A DNA stretch of 64,000 bases, from positions 3,504 to 67,503 of the forward strand of contig JAPPBA010000039.1 of NCBI GenBank assembly GCA_026705295.1. The letters run 5' to 3'. The notes beneath the pieces were generated by a model. The model saw only the letters and a program-made list of their open reading frames with translations, was not told the DNA's origin and searched no databases. This document shows, in pieces, positions 38,300-47,839 of this stretch. This DNA comes from Candidatus Palauibacter australiensis (lineage in GTDB: Bacteria > Gemmatimonadota > Gemmatimonadetes > Palauibacterales > Palauibacteraceae). Made by a program: the position numbers and the translations under genes. Numbering within the stretch: the stretch's first letter is position 1; every line of letters begins with the position of its first letter.

Positions 38300-40275
38300 T
38301 CCGCGTGCGCGTACCCGGGGACAAGTCGATCTCCCACCGCGCCGCGCTCATCGCGCCCCTCGCCTCGTCGGCTTCCGTAGTGCGCGGCCTCTCGGACGGC
38401 GCCGACGTGCGGGCGAGCGTGCGGGCGATGCAGCGGCTTGGCGCCGCGGTGGAGTGCACGGAGGAAGGACGCGGCCTCACGATCCGTTGCGCAGGCGGCG
38501 GCCTCGACCCCGGCTCGGCTCCGCGGCTCGACTGCGGGAACAGCGGGACGACGGCACGCCTGCTCGCCGGGATCCTGGCGGGTTCCGGCATCGCGGCGAT
38601 CCTGGATGGCGATCCATCGCTTCGCGGCCGCCCCATGCGCCGCGTCATCTATCCGCTGCAGGCCATGGGGGCGCGGATCGAGTACGAGGGAGAGCCGGAG
38701 CGGCTTCCCGTGCGGCTCCGCGGGCGCGCCACCGGGACGCTGCGGGCGCTGCGCCACCGCGGCCGGGTCGCCAGCGCCCAGGTCAAGTCGGCCGTGCTGC
38801 TGGCCGGCGTGCTGGCCCGTGTACGCGTCGAGGTCAGCGAGCCCGCCCTCTCGCGCGACCACACCGAACGCATGCTGGCCGGGATGGGCGTGCCGCTCGC
38901 ATTCCATCCCGGGCGGATGGGAGCGGGAGACGTGAGCTTCGACCCCTCCGGCTGGGACGGTGAGCTCGCGGGTCTCCGCATGACCGTGCCCGGCGACCCT
39001 TCCTCGGCCGCCTTCCTGATCGGGGCGTCGCTCCTCGCCGGTCGCCCGGTGAGGGTGGAGGCCGTGGCGGCCAACCCCGGTCGCATCGGTTTTCTTTCCG
39101 TACTCGAGGAGATGGGGGCCGCGGTCGACCGGGACCCCGCGCCTGCCCAGGCCGGGGAACGAGTGGAGACGTGGACCGTCCATCCCCCGGACGGTCTGCG
39201 GGCGTTCTCGATCGGCGGCGACCTGATTCCGCGCGTGATCGACGAGATTCCGCTCCTCGCCGTCCTCGCCGCCCGGGCGCGGGGGCGTTCCGAGATCCGC
39301 GACGCCGCGGAGCTGCGTGTGAAGGAGAGCGATCGCCTTGCCGTTCTGGCCCGGACGCTCGGGAAGCTCGGGGTCGCCGTGGAGGAAAGGCCCGACGGGC
39401 TCACGATCGAGGGCCGTGCCGGGCGGCTGCGCGGCGACGTCGAGACGCGGGGCGACCACCGGATCGCGATGGCGTTCGGGGTCCTCGACGCGGCGGGAGA
39501 TGCCGATCTGCGGATCGATGACCGCGCGTGCGCGGACGTCTCGTATCCGGACTTCTGGGAGGCGATCGAGCCGTTCCGGCGCAGGGCCCGCGGGGCGCGT
39601 TCCGCTCCGGCGGGGCGGGTGATCGCGGTGGACGGGCCCGCCGCCTCCGGCAAGAGCAGCACCGCACGGAGCGTGGCCCGGCGACTCGGCTTCGTGCATG
39701 TGAACTCCGGGCTGCTCTACCGGGCGATCACCCGCTGGGCCCTCGACCGGGGCATCGCGGAGGACGGCCCGGCAATCGAGGCCGCCGTACCCGGGCTGGA
39801 CATCGATCTCGCCCCCGCGCGCGAGGGATTCGACGTATCCGTGGAGGGCAGGCGGCCGGGCTCGGAGCTCGAATCGCCCGAGGTGACCGCGCGGGTGTCT
39901 GCCGTTTCCACGCTTCCGGCGGTTCGGGAGGTCGTCCTGGAGCGGCTGCGCCGGGCGGGCCGCCGGCACGAGATCGTCTGCGATGGACGTGACATCGGTA
40001 CGGCGGTCTTCCCCGGCGCGCATCTGAAGATCTTCCTCGTGGCGGAAGCCGGCGAGAGGGCGCGGCGTCGACTGCGCCAGCGCGGCGCGCCTTTCACGGA
40101 GGACGACGTCGAGCGCGAGACGCGGCGTCTCGAGGCGCGCGACCGACTGGATCGTTCGCGTCCGCTGTCCCCGCTGCGGCGAGCTCCCGACGCCATCGAG
40201 ATCGATACGACCTCCATGCCTCCGGACCAGGTCGTGGATGCGATCCTGGAGCTTGCGGCTTCCGCTTTCCGTTGA
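38296..40275 (+). CDS. aroA: Fusion protein: 3-phosphoshikimate 1-carboxyvinyltransferase (EPSP synthase) + cytidylate kinase
   Basis: A single uninterrupted 659-aa ORF. AroA part: 'VPGDKSISHRAAL', 'LDCGNSGTTARLLAGIL', 'KESDRL', 'DHRIAMAF'. Cmk part: 'IAVDGPAASGKSSTARSVARRLGF' and 'GRDIGTAVFPGAHLKIFL'. The TTG start overlaps the rnz stop (TTGA). Confidence 0.85.
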   Translation: MIRVRVPGDKSISHRAALIAPLASSASVVRGLSDGADVRASVRAMQRLGAAVECTEEGRGLTIRCAGGGLDPGSAPRLDCGNSGTTARLLAGILAGSGIAAILDGDPSLRGRPMRRVIYPLQAMGARIEYEGEPERLPVRLRGRATGTLRALRHRGRVASAQVKSAVLLAGVLARVRVEVSEPALSRDHTERMLAGMGVPLAFHPGRMGAGDVSFDPSGWDGELAGLRMTVPGDPSSAAFLIGASLLAGRPVRVEAVAANPGRIGFLSVLEEMGAAVDRDPAPAQAGERVETWTVHPPDGLRAFSIGGDLIPRVIDEIPLLAVLAARARGRSEIRDAAELRVKESDRLAVLARTLGKLGVAVEERPDGLTIEGRAGRLRGDVETRGDHRIAMAFGVLDAAGDADLRIDDRACADVSYPDFWEAIEPFRRRARGARSAPAGRVIAVDGPAASGKSSTARSVARRLGFVHVNSGLLYRAITRWALDRGIAEDGPAIEAAVPGLDIDLAPAREGFDVSVEGRRPGSELESPEVTARVSAVSTLPAVREVVLERLRRAGRRHEIVCDGRDIGTAVFPGAHLKIFLVAEAGERARRRLRQRGAPFTEDDVERETRRLEARDRLDRSRPLSPLRRAPDAIEIDTTSMPPDQVVDAILELAASAFR

Positions 40276-40300
40276 CGCTTTCGCGGCCTGAATCTAAGTT
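40272..40300 (+). promoter_or_regulatory. Candidate sigma70-type promoter for rpsA
   Basis: TTGACG (40272-40277, overlapping the aroA-cmk stop), a 17-nt spacer, then TAAGTT (40295-40300). It would give a leader of about 180 nt. Confidence 0.4.
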
Positions 40301-40484
40301 GGCCTACTGTTCGAGGACCGGTGGCGGAAAGAGTGGCGCTTCGCGCCGGATCCTGTGGAAACCCGACACCAGGGGATCGGCCGGCGGCTGGGCGGAGATG
40401 GTGAAGCTCGGTTGAGGTCGATTCTTTTTTGCCACGAGGCCCGGCGGGAGGCACGGTTGGCCCCGCGCGGGAGCTTGATTCCCT

Positions 40485-42362
40485 ATGCCCGACGACACGA
40501 ACCCTCAGACCGAAGTCCCCGAGACCGACATCCCCGAGACGACGGATGCGTTGACGGAAGTCGCCGACCCCGCTCCGGCAGATACGGAAGTCGCCGCCGC
40601 GATACCGGCCGCCTTCGAGCCGAGTGCCATCGATCTGGATCTCGATGCCGACCCCCGGGACGACTCGCAGCACGACCAGGCGGAGTACGCCGAACTCTAC
40701 GCGCTCTACGAGGACACGCTCAGTCGCATCACGGAGGGCGAGATCGTCTCCGCGCAGGTCATCGGGAAGACCGAGACGGACATCATCCTCGACGTCGGCT
40801 TCAAGTCTGAAGGCGCAGTCCCGCTCGAAGAGTTCTCGGACCCGGACGAAGTTCAGCTGGGCGACTCCGTCGATGTCCTCCTCGAGAGCCTCGAGGATGA
40901 GGAAGGCGTCGTCGTCCTGTCGAAGAAGAAGGCGGATTTCCTCCGAGTCTGGGAGAAGATCAAGGACGCCTTCGACAACGACCGTCCCGTGCAGGGGCGT
41001 ATCAAGCGGAAGATCAAGGGTGGCGTGACGGTCGACCTGATGGGGGTCGACGCTTTCCTTCCCGGGTCCCAGATCGCGCTTCGCCGCGTGCCCAACGTCG
41101 ACGACCTTCTGGGCGACGAGTACGACTTCAAGATCCTCAAGCTCAACAAGCGCCGGCGGAACATCGTGGTGAGCCGTCGCGTCCTTCTCGAGGAAGAGCG
41201 GGCGGGGAAGCGCGAGGAGCTCAAGAAGGAGCTGTCGGTGGGCGACGTGCGCCCCGGGATCGTCAAGAACATCACGGACTTCGGCGCCTTCATCGACCTC
41301 GGCGGCATGGACGGCCTCCTCCACATCACCGACATGTCCTGGGGTCGTATCGGCCATCCCTCGGAAGTGTGCGAGATCGGCCAGTCGCTCGAGATCAAGA
41401 TCCTCGACATCGACTGGGACCGGGAGAGAATCTCGCTCGGCCTCAAGCAACTTCAGGAGTACCCCTGGAAGAACGTGGCCGAGAAATACCCTGTCGGGAT
41501 ACGTGTGCTGGGCCGGGTCGTCTCGATCACGAACTACGGTGCCTTCATCGAACTCGAGCGCGGCATCGAGGGCCTCGTCCACATCTCCGAAATGTCGTGG
41601 ACCCGCAACGTCCGACATCCCTCTCAACTGGTCGGCATCAACGACAAGGTCGAATGCGTCGTGCTGCGCGTCGATGAGGACGCGCAGAAGATCTCGCTCG
41701 GAATGAAGCAGGTGGAGGAGGACCCGTGGCTGGCGCTTCCGGCGCAGTACCCGCCGGGGACGAAGATCCGCGGACTCGTCCGCAACCTCACCTCCTTCGG
41801 CGCCTTCGTGGAGGTCGAGGCCGGAATCGACGGCCTCGTCCATATCTCCGACATGAGCTGGACTCGGCGGGTGCAGCATCCGGCGGAGGTGCTCCGCAAG
41901 GGGGAGGAGGTCGATGTCGTCGTGCTCTCGATCGATCCCGACCAGAAGCGGATCTCCCTCGGCTTGAAGCAAGTGCAGGAAGACCCGTGGTATCAGCTCG
42001 CGCAGGCGTACCAGCCGGGACGGGAAGTGGCGGGCTCGATCACGCGGTTGCTCGAGAAGGGCGTCGTCGTGGACCTCGGGAGCGATCTCGAAGGGTTCGT
42101 CCCGATCTCGCAGCTCGGCGTGGAGGCGCCGACCGCCGAGCCCGCTGAGCACTTCGACGAGGGGCATCGGTTGGAGCTGCGCGTACTCGAAACGGATCCG
42201 ATCAACCGTCGCATCGTTCTCGCCGTCGTGGACGCGCCGGATGTCCCGTACGACGCCGACGAGGTAGAGTACGAGAACATGGCGGCGTCGAAGTCCGGTT
42301 CCGCGGCGGATGACACGGACGAGGGGGAGCAGTCCGATTCCGGTGGTGAGGCAGGGGAGTAG
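40485..42362 (+). CDS. rpsA: 30S ribosomal protein S1
   Basis: Six S1 (OB-fold) repeats, e.g. 'GEIVSAQVIGKTETDIILDVGFKSEGAVP' and 'GIVKNITDFGAFIDLGGMDGLLHITDMSW'. It has an acidic N-terminal extension and an acidic tail. Confidence 0.95.
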   Translation: MPDDTNPQTEVPETDIPETTDALTEVADPAPADTEVAAAIPAAFEPSAIDLDLDADPRDDSQHDQAEYAELYALYEDTLSRITEGEIVSAQVIGKTETDIILDVGFKSEGAVPLEEFSDPDEVQLGDSVDVLLESLEDEEGVVVLSKKKADFLRVWEKIKDAFDNDRPVQGRIKRKIKGGVTVDLMGVDAFLPGSQIALRRVPNVDDLLGDEYDFKILKLNKRRRNIVVSRRVLLEEERAGKREELKKELSVGDVRPGIVKNITDFGAFIDLGGMDGLLHITDMSWGRIGHPSEVCEIGQSLEIKILDIDWDRERISLGLKQLQEYPWKNVAEKYPVGIRVLGRVVSITNYGAFIELERGIEGLVHISEMSWTRNVRHPSQLVGINDKVECVVLRVDEDAQKISLGMKQVEEDPWLALPAQYPPGTKIRGLVRNLTSFGAFVEVEAGIDGLVHISDMSWTRRVQHPAEVLRKGEEVDVVVLSIDPDQKRISLGLKQVQEDPWYQLAQAYQPGREVAGSITRLLEKGVVVDLGSDLEGFVPISQLGVEAPTAEPAEHFDEGHRLELRVLETDPINRRIVLAVVDAPDVPYDADEVEYENMAASKSGSAADDTDEGEQSDSGGEAGE

Positions 42363-44277
42363 CCCCTTCCACGAGCGGCAAAGAGCAGCGCGGAGGCGCG
42401 TAGCCCTCGGCTGCAGCGCCGCGCTGGTCGTGGCCGCGGGCTGTGCACTCATCGCCGGCAACCCACCCATCGAGACCGCCGCGGCGAGCGCGGTCGACCC
42501 GGAAGGAGCGGCCGCCCAGCTCCGCCTCGCCGAGGCCGACTACGAGCAGGGGCGATACGCGGCAGCCGCGGCGCGCGGGGATTCCCTCGACGCCGCCTGG
42601 CGTGGGATCGAACCCTTCCGCGCGCTCGCGGACCGCGCCCTCTCCGTGGCGGGCCGGGCGCTGGAGGCGCAGAGGCTGCCGGGCGCCGCGGCGGATCGCT
42701 ATGGCATGCTTCTCGCGCGGGCGCCTGCCGCCTCCCTGGAAACGGCCACCCTGGAGCGACTCGTTCGGATCCTCTCGGACACGAGTCGCGAGTCCGAGGC
42801 GGTCGCCGCGATCCTCTCCACACCGCGAGGCCTCGAGACGGTCGGTGCGGAGGATCTCCGCCGGTTAACCTCCGCCCTCACGATCCGGGAATTGCGTCCG
42901 CTGACGGAGGCTTTCCCGCCGGAGACCACCGCGGCTGCGATCGTTCATGCACAACTCGGCCGCCTCCTCGCCATAGAGGGGGAGGGTGACGAGGCGAGGC
43001 GTCTGGCCGCTCGCATCCTGGAAGGGCAACCCGCCGAACCCGAACGTGTCACGGCGGAGCTGATCGCGGGGACGGAGACGGATCTCGGCGACGGCGCCGC
43101 GCGCATCGGTGCGATCCTGCCGCTCACCGGCGACCTCTCGGAGGTTGGCCAGGTGCTGCGCGAGGGGATCGAACTCGCGGTCGAGCGGTACCTCGCCGAG
43201 CGCCCGGCCGGCTTCGATGTCGAACTCATCGTCCTCGATGACGAATCGGACCCGGAGAACACGGCGGGCCTCGTACGCTCGCTCGAGGGACGTGGCGTGA
43301 TCGCGATCGTAGGTCCCCTCCGCTCCGAGTCGTTCGCCGCAGCTTCCCGGGCGCGCCGGAATCCGAGGCTGCCGATCATCAGCCCCACGGCGACCGACGT
43401 GCTGAGACCCGCCCCGGCGACCTACACGCTCTACGATGTGGGCACGCGCGCCTCGGATGTGGCGGAGGAGCTGGCGCGCTGGACGCTGGAGGAACTCCGG
43501 CTCCGGCGCGTCGCCGTTCTCGAGCCGGACGGGGTTGGACTCGGCGGCGCCGTAGACGCGTTCACGCGAACGATCCGGGAGTACGGCGGCCTGCTCGTCG
43601 GGCACGAACGATACGATCCCGGGCTCACGACGTTTCAGGTACCCATCGAGGCTGTCGCGGCCTCGGAGCCGGATGTCGTCTTCGCGCCGGCGGCGTCCGC
43701 TTCCGGTGTTCTCGCCGTCGCGCCTCAGCTCTTCTACTACGGGCTGTACAACGTGATCGTGATGGGGAGCGAAGCCTGGGCCGAACCGGCCGCGCTGCGG
43801 CGCCTCGAACCCTTCGCGACGGACCATCGCGTGATCGGTCTTGCCACGGATCGCGTCAGCCCCGGCACGCCGTGGCGGCGATTTGTCGCAGACTATGAGA
43901 GACGATACCGAAAGACGTTGCGGGACAATATTATGCCGGCTCTGGCGCACGATGCGGCGCTCCTCGTGCTCTCCGCCCTAGACGGCGCGAGGCTGCCGAT
44001 CCCGGCTGCGCTCGCGGCCTACCTCGAGTCGGGGCCGGAAGTCGAGGGCGTGACGGGCCGCCTGCGCCCCGAAGCCGGGCGATCCGTCGTGTGGCGTGCC
44101 ACGGATGTCCGCATGCTCGTCGACGGTTCGCCCGTGGCGGCGGACAGGGAGGAACTCCTCGCCTGGCTGGCCGAGGTGCGTGCGGCGCCGTCACCCTTTG
44201 CCCCGCGCGACTCGCTGCGCGTGGACACCCTGCGCACGGAAGCGCGCCGCCGGGTGGGAGGGGTGAGCGCCCGGTGA
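42343..44277 (+). CDS. Lipoprotein with N-terminal TPR-like region and type-1 periplasmic-binding-protein domain (LpoA/LivK-like architecture)
   Basis: Signal and lipobox '[18 protein letters not shown]'. PBP1 block '[27 protein letters not shown]...[12 protein letters not shown]...[12 protein letters not shown]'. The start is uncertain: GTG 42343 or 42346, or the start codon that opens the ORF at 42310. Confidence 0.65.
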   Translation: MVRQGSSPFHERQRAARRRVALGCSAALVVAAGCALIAGNPPIETAAASAVDPEGAAAQLRLAEADYEQGRYAAAAARGDSLDAAWRGIEPFRALADRALSVAGRALEAQRLPGAAADRYGMLLARAPAASLETATLERLVRILSDTSRESEAVAAILSTPRGLETVGAEDLRRLTSALTIRELRPLTEAFPPETTAAAIVHAQLGRLLAIEGEGDEARRLAARILEGQPAEPERVTAELIAGTETDLGDGAARIGAILPLTGDLSEVGQVLREGIELAVERYLAERPAGFDVELIVLDDESDPENTAGLVRSLEGRGVIAIVGPLRSESFAAASRARRNPRLPIISPTATDVLRPAPATYTLYDVGTRASDVAEELARWTLEELRLRRVAVLEPDGVGLGGAVDAFTRTIREYGGLLVGHERYDPGLTTFQVPIEAVAASEPDVVFAPAASASGVLAVAPQLFYYGLYNVIVMGSEAWAEPAALRRLEPFATDHRVIGLATDRVSPGTPWRRFVADYERRYRKTLRDNIMPALAHDAALLVLSALDGARLPIPAALAAYLESGPEVEGVTGRLRPEAGRSVVWRATDVRMLVDGSPVAADREELLAWLAEVRAAPSPFAPRDSLRVDTLRTEARRRVGGVSAR

Positions 44278-44279
44278 GC

Positions 44280-45821
44280 ATGCGGGAGAAGCTGGCCGAA
44301 CTCGAGGCCCGGTCCGAGCGCACGGCACGCGGGGATCCGGACCGGCTCGCCCGGCAGCACGAGCGCGGCAAGCTGGGGGCCCGGGAGCGCCTCGAGATCC
44401 TCCTCGACGAGGGGAGTTTCGTGGAGTTCGACCGCTTCGTCGAGCACCGCTGCACCGACTTCGGGCTGGGCGACCGGCGCATCCCCGGCGACGGGGTCAT
44501 CACGGGCTACGGCCGCGTCGACGGACGAATCGTCTATGTGTTCAGCCAGGACTTCACGGTCTTCGGGGGGTCGCTGTCGGAAGCGCACGCCGGCAAGATC
44601 GTGAAAGTGCTGGACCTTGCGACGCGGAACGGCGCCCCGTTCATCGGCATCAACGACTCGGGCGGCGCGCGGATTCAGGAAGGGGTCGCCTCTCTCGGCG
44701 GCTATGCGGACATCTTCCTCCGAAACACGCTGGCCTCGGGGGTGATCCCGCAACTGAGCGCGATCCTCGGGCCGTGTTCCGGAGGGGCGGTCTACAGCCC
44801 CGCCATCACGGATTTCGTGTTTATGGTGGACGGGGTGAGCCACATGTTCATCACGGGCCCCGGCGTCGTGAAGACGGTGACGCACGAGGACGTGACGTTC
44901 GACGAGCTCGGCGGCGCAGCCGTGCACGCGAGCCGATCCGGCGTGGCCCACTTCCGTTCGGCGACCGAAGTCGAGGCGCTCGGCGCCGTGCGCCGCCTTC
45001 TGTCCTACCTGCCCTCGAACAACCAGGAATCGCCGCCGTGGCGGGAGACGACGGACCCGCCGGACCGGGCCGACGAGGCGCTTCTCGAGATCGTGCCCGA
45101 CGACCCGAAGCTCCCGTACGACATGCTGGACATCATCCGCCGGGTCGTCGACACCGAGAGCCTGATGGAAGTCCACGAGGACTACGCCCGCAACATCATC
45201 ACAGGCTTCGCCCGGCTCGGCGGGAACGCCGTGGGCATCATCGGCAACCAGCCCGCGGTCCTCGCGGGCGTCCTGGACAGCGATGCGAGCATCAAGGCCG
45301 CGCGTTTCGTCCGCTTCTGCGATGCGTTTAACGTGCCGCTGGTGACCTTCGAGGATGTGCCCGGCTTTCTTCCGGGGCTGAGGGAAGAGCACGAGGGCAT
45401 CATCCGAAACGGCGCGAAACTCCTCTTCGCCTACTGCGAGGCGACCGTGCCGAAGCTCACCGTCATCACGCGCAAGGCATACGGCGGTGCGTACGACGTC
45501 ATGTCGTCCAAGCACATCCGGGGCGACCTCAACCTCGCCTGGCCCAGCGCGGAGATCGCGGTGATGGGCGCGAAGGGCGCGGTGGAGGTCCTGTTCCGGC
45601 GCGAGATCGCCGCGGCCGAGGATCCCGTGACGCGCACGGCCGAACTCGAGGCGGAGTATCGGGCGAAGTTCGCCAACCCCTACCTCGCCGCCGAGCGCGG
45701 GTTCATCGACGATGTGATCGACCCTCGCGAGACGCGCGCGCGCCTCGTGTCGGGGCTCGAGGCCATGGCCGAGAAGCGCGACCGCAACCCGCCCAGGAAG
45801 CACGGCAACATCCCCCTGTGA
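44280..45821 (+). CDS. pccB: Propionyl-CoA/methylmalonyl-CoA carboxyltransferase (PCC beta-type subunit)
   Basis: '[18 protein letters not shown]', '[14 protein letters not shown]', '[15 protein letters not shown]', '[13 protein letters not shown]', '[12 protein letters not shown]'. An alternative GTG start at 44274 would overlap the upstream stop. Confidence 0.9.
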   Translation: MREKLAELEARSERTARGDPDRLARQHERGKLGARERLEILLDEGSFVEFDRFVEHRCTDFGLGDRRIPGDGVITGYGRVDGRIVYVFSQDFTVFGGSLSEAHAGKIVKVLDLATRNGAPFIGINDSGGARIQEGVASLGGYADIFLRNTLASGVIPQLSAILGPCSGGAVYSPAITDFVFMVDGVSHMFITGPGVVKTVTHEDVTFDELGGAAVHASRSGVAHFRSATEVEALGAVRRLLSYLPSNNQESPPWRETTDPPDRADEALLEIVPDDPKLPYDMLDIIRRVVDTESLMEVHEDYARNIITGFARLGGNAVGIIGNQPAVLAGVLDSDASIKAARFVRFCDAFNVPLVTFEDVPGFLPGLREEHEGIIRNGAKLLFAYCEATVPKLTVITRKAYGGAYDVMSSKHIRGDLNLAWPSAEIAVMGAKGAVEVLFRREIAAAEDPVTRTAELEAEYRAKFANPYLAAERGFIDDVIDPRETRARLVSGLEAMAEKRDRNPPRKHGNIPL

Positions 45822-45837
45822 TCCCCGCCGAGGCCGG

Positions 45838-47328
45838 ATGTTCGACAAGGTTCTGATCGCGAACCGCGGCGAGATCGCGGTTCGGGTCATCCGCGCCTGC
45901 CACGAGGAGGGCCTCGGGACGGTCGCGGTCTACTCCGACGCGGACCGCCGGGCCCCCCACGTGCTCCTTGCGGGCGAGGCGGTCCGGATCGGCGGGGCCG
46001 CCGCCGCGGAGAGCTATCTGTCGATCGACCGGCTCCTCGCCGCCGCGCAGGAGACGCGGGCGGGCGCGGTCCACCCGGGGTACGGCTTTCTGGCCGAGAA
46101 CGCCGGCTTCGCGCGCGCGGTCGAGGCCGCCGGGCTCGTCCACGTCGGACCTCCCGCCGAGGCGATCGAAGTCATGGGCGACAAGACGCGGGCCCGGGCG
46201 CGGATGGTGCGGGCCGGAGTCCCCGTCATCCCGGGCAGCGATCCGCTCGCTTCGGCGCGGGAGGCCGTCCGCGAGGCCGACAGGATCGGATTCCCCGTCC
46301 TCCTGAAGGCGGCGGCGGGAGGGGGCGGCAAGGGCATGCACGTGGTCTCCGACGCGGAGGAGATGGAGGGAGCGTTCGGGCGGGCGACCCGGGAAGCGCA
46401 GGCCGCCTTCGGTGACGGACGCGTGTTCGCGGAGCGCTTCCTGCGTGCCCCCCGGCACATCGAGATCCAGGTGCTCGCCGACGACGAGCGGACGGTGGAC
46501 TTCGGTGAGCGGGAGTGTTCGATCCAGCGACGACACCAGAAACTGATCGAAGAGGCGCCGTCCACGGCGATCGACGACGCCCTCCGGCGGCGGATGGCGG
46601 AGGTCGCCGTGCGCGCGGCCGAGGCGGTCGGCTACCGGAGCGCGGGGACGGTCGAGTTCCTGGTCGAGGGAGGGGAGTGCTTCTTCCTCGAGATGAACAC
46701 GCGGATTCAGGTCGAGCACCCCGTGACGGAACTCGTCACCGGCGTGGACCTCGTCCGGCAGCAACTGCGCGTGGCCCGCGGGCTTTCCCTGCTCGGCGGC
46801 GGAGCGCCGCCTTCGGCGCGCGGGCACGCGATCGAATGCCGGATCAACGCGGAGGACCCCGCCGCCGGATTCGTGCCGTCAGTCGGTCGAATCGACCGCC
46901 TCGAAGTCCCGACGGGGCCCGGGGTGCGCTGGGACGGCGGGATCCGCAACGGGTCGGAAGTCGGCCCGCACTACGACTCGCTGCTCGGCAAGCTGGTCGT
47001 CCACGCCTCGGATCGGGAGGCGGCGATCCGGCGCATGCGGTCCGCGCTCGAAGGGCTCGTCATCGGCGGCGTCGAGACGACCGTCCCGTGGCACCTCGCC
47101 GTGATGGACGAACCCGACTACCGGATGAACGATCTCTCCATCCGGTACGTGGAGGAACACCCCGGCCTCGGAGAGACGGCGGATCCCGGACTGCGCGATG
47201 TGGCGATGGCGGCCGCCGTACTCCTCGCCGACCGGGAGCGGCCACGGGTCGTTGCCGGCGGTGCACGGCGGCCCCGTGACAGAGGAAACGGGCTGTCGGC
47301 CTGGGTGCGGGCGGGTCGGGAGTGGTGA
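45838..47328 (+). CDS. accC: Biotin carboxylase subunit
   Basis: 'KVLIANRGEIAVRVIRA', 'HPGYGFLAEN', 'GFPVLLKAAAGGGGKGM', 'CSIQRRHQKLIEEAP', 'EMNTRIQVEHPVTE'. Confidence 0.9.
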   Translation: MFDKVLIANRGEIAVRVIRACHEEGLGTVAVYSDADRRAPHVLLAGEAVRIGGAAAAESYLSIDRLLAAAQETRAGAVHPGYGFLAENAGFARAVEAAGLVHVGPPAEAIEVMGDKTRARARMVRAGVPVIPGSDPLASAREAVREADRIGFPVLLKAAAGGGGKGMHVVSDAEEMEGAFGRATREAQAAFGDGRVFAERFLRAPRHIEIQVLADDERTVDFGERECSIQRRHQKLIEEAPSTAIDDALRRRMAEVAVRAAEAVGYRSAGTVEFLVEGGECFFLEMNTRIQVEHPVTELVTGVDLVRQQLRVARGLSLLGGGAPPSARGHAIECRINAEDPAAGFVPSVGRIDRLEVPTGPGVRWDGGIRNGSEVGPHYDSLLGKLVVHASDREAAIRRMRSALEGLVIGGVETTVPWHLAVMDEPDYRMNDLSIRYVEEHPGLGETADPGLRDVAMAAAVLLADRERPRVVAGGARRPRDRGNGLSAWVRAGREW

Positions 47329-47335
47329 AACCGTC

Positions 47336-47839
47336 ATGAAGTACCACGTCGAGGTGGGCGGCGGGAGCTTCGAGGTCGAGCGGCTGGCCTCCGGACTGCG
47401 GCTGAACGGTGCGGAGCGGGAAGCCGGGTTCGAGTGGCTGGCGGAGGGCGAGGTCCGGCTCACCCTCGACGGCGCGAACCATCGCGTGCTCGCGCGCCGG
47501 ACGCCGGGGGGGTGGCGGGTGACCGTGCGCGGCCGGACGTTCGACGTCACGGTGGAGGATGAGCGCACCCGGACCCTCCGTGCGCTGGCCGACCGGACCG
47601 CGGCGGGGCGCGGACCGGAGGAGCTGCGCGCCCCGATGCCGGGGCTGATCACCCGCGTCCTCGCGGAAGCCGGGCAGCGCGTGGACGCGGGCGATGGACT
47701 GGTCGTGATCGAGGCCATGAAGATGGAGAACGAATTGCGCGCCCGGGAACCGGGAACGGTGGCCGGGGTCGCGGTTCGCGCCGGCGACGTCGTGGACCGC
47801 GACCAGGTGCTTGTGACGCTCGAAGCGGAGACGTCGTGA
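47336..47839 (+). CDS. Biotin carboxyl carrier (biotinyl-domain) protein
   Basis: C-terminal biotinyl domain 'APMPGLITRVL...GDGLVVIEAMKMENELRA' with the AMKM biotinylation motif. Confidence 0.85.
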   Translation: MKYHVEVGGGSFEVERLASGLRLNGAEREAGFEWLAEGEVRLTLDGANHRVLARRTPGGWRVTVRGRTFDVTVEDERTRTLRALADRTAAGRGPEELRAPMPGLITRVLAEAGQRVDAGDGLVVIEAMKMENELRAREPGTVAGVAVRAGDVVDRDQVLVTLEAETS

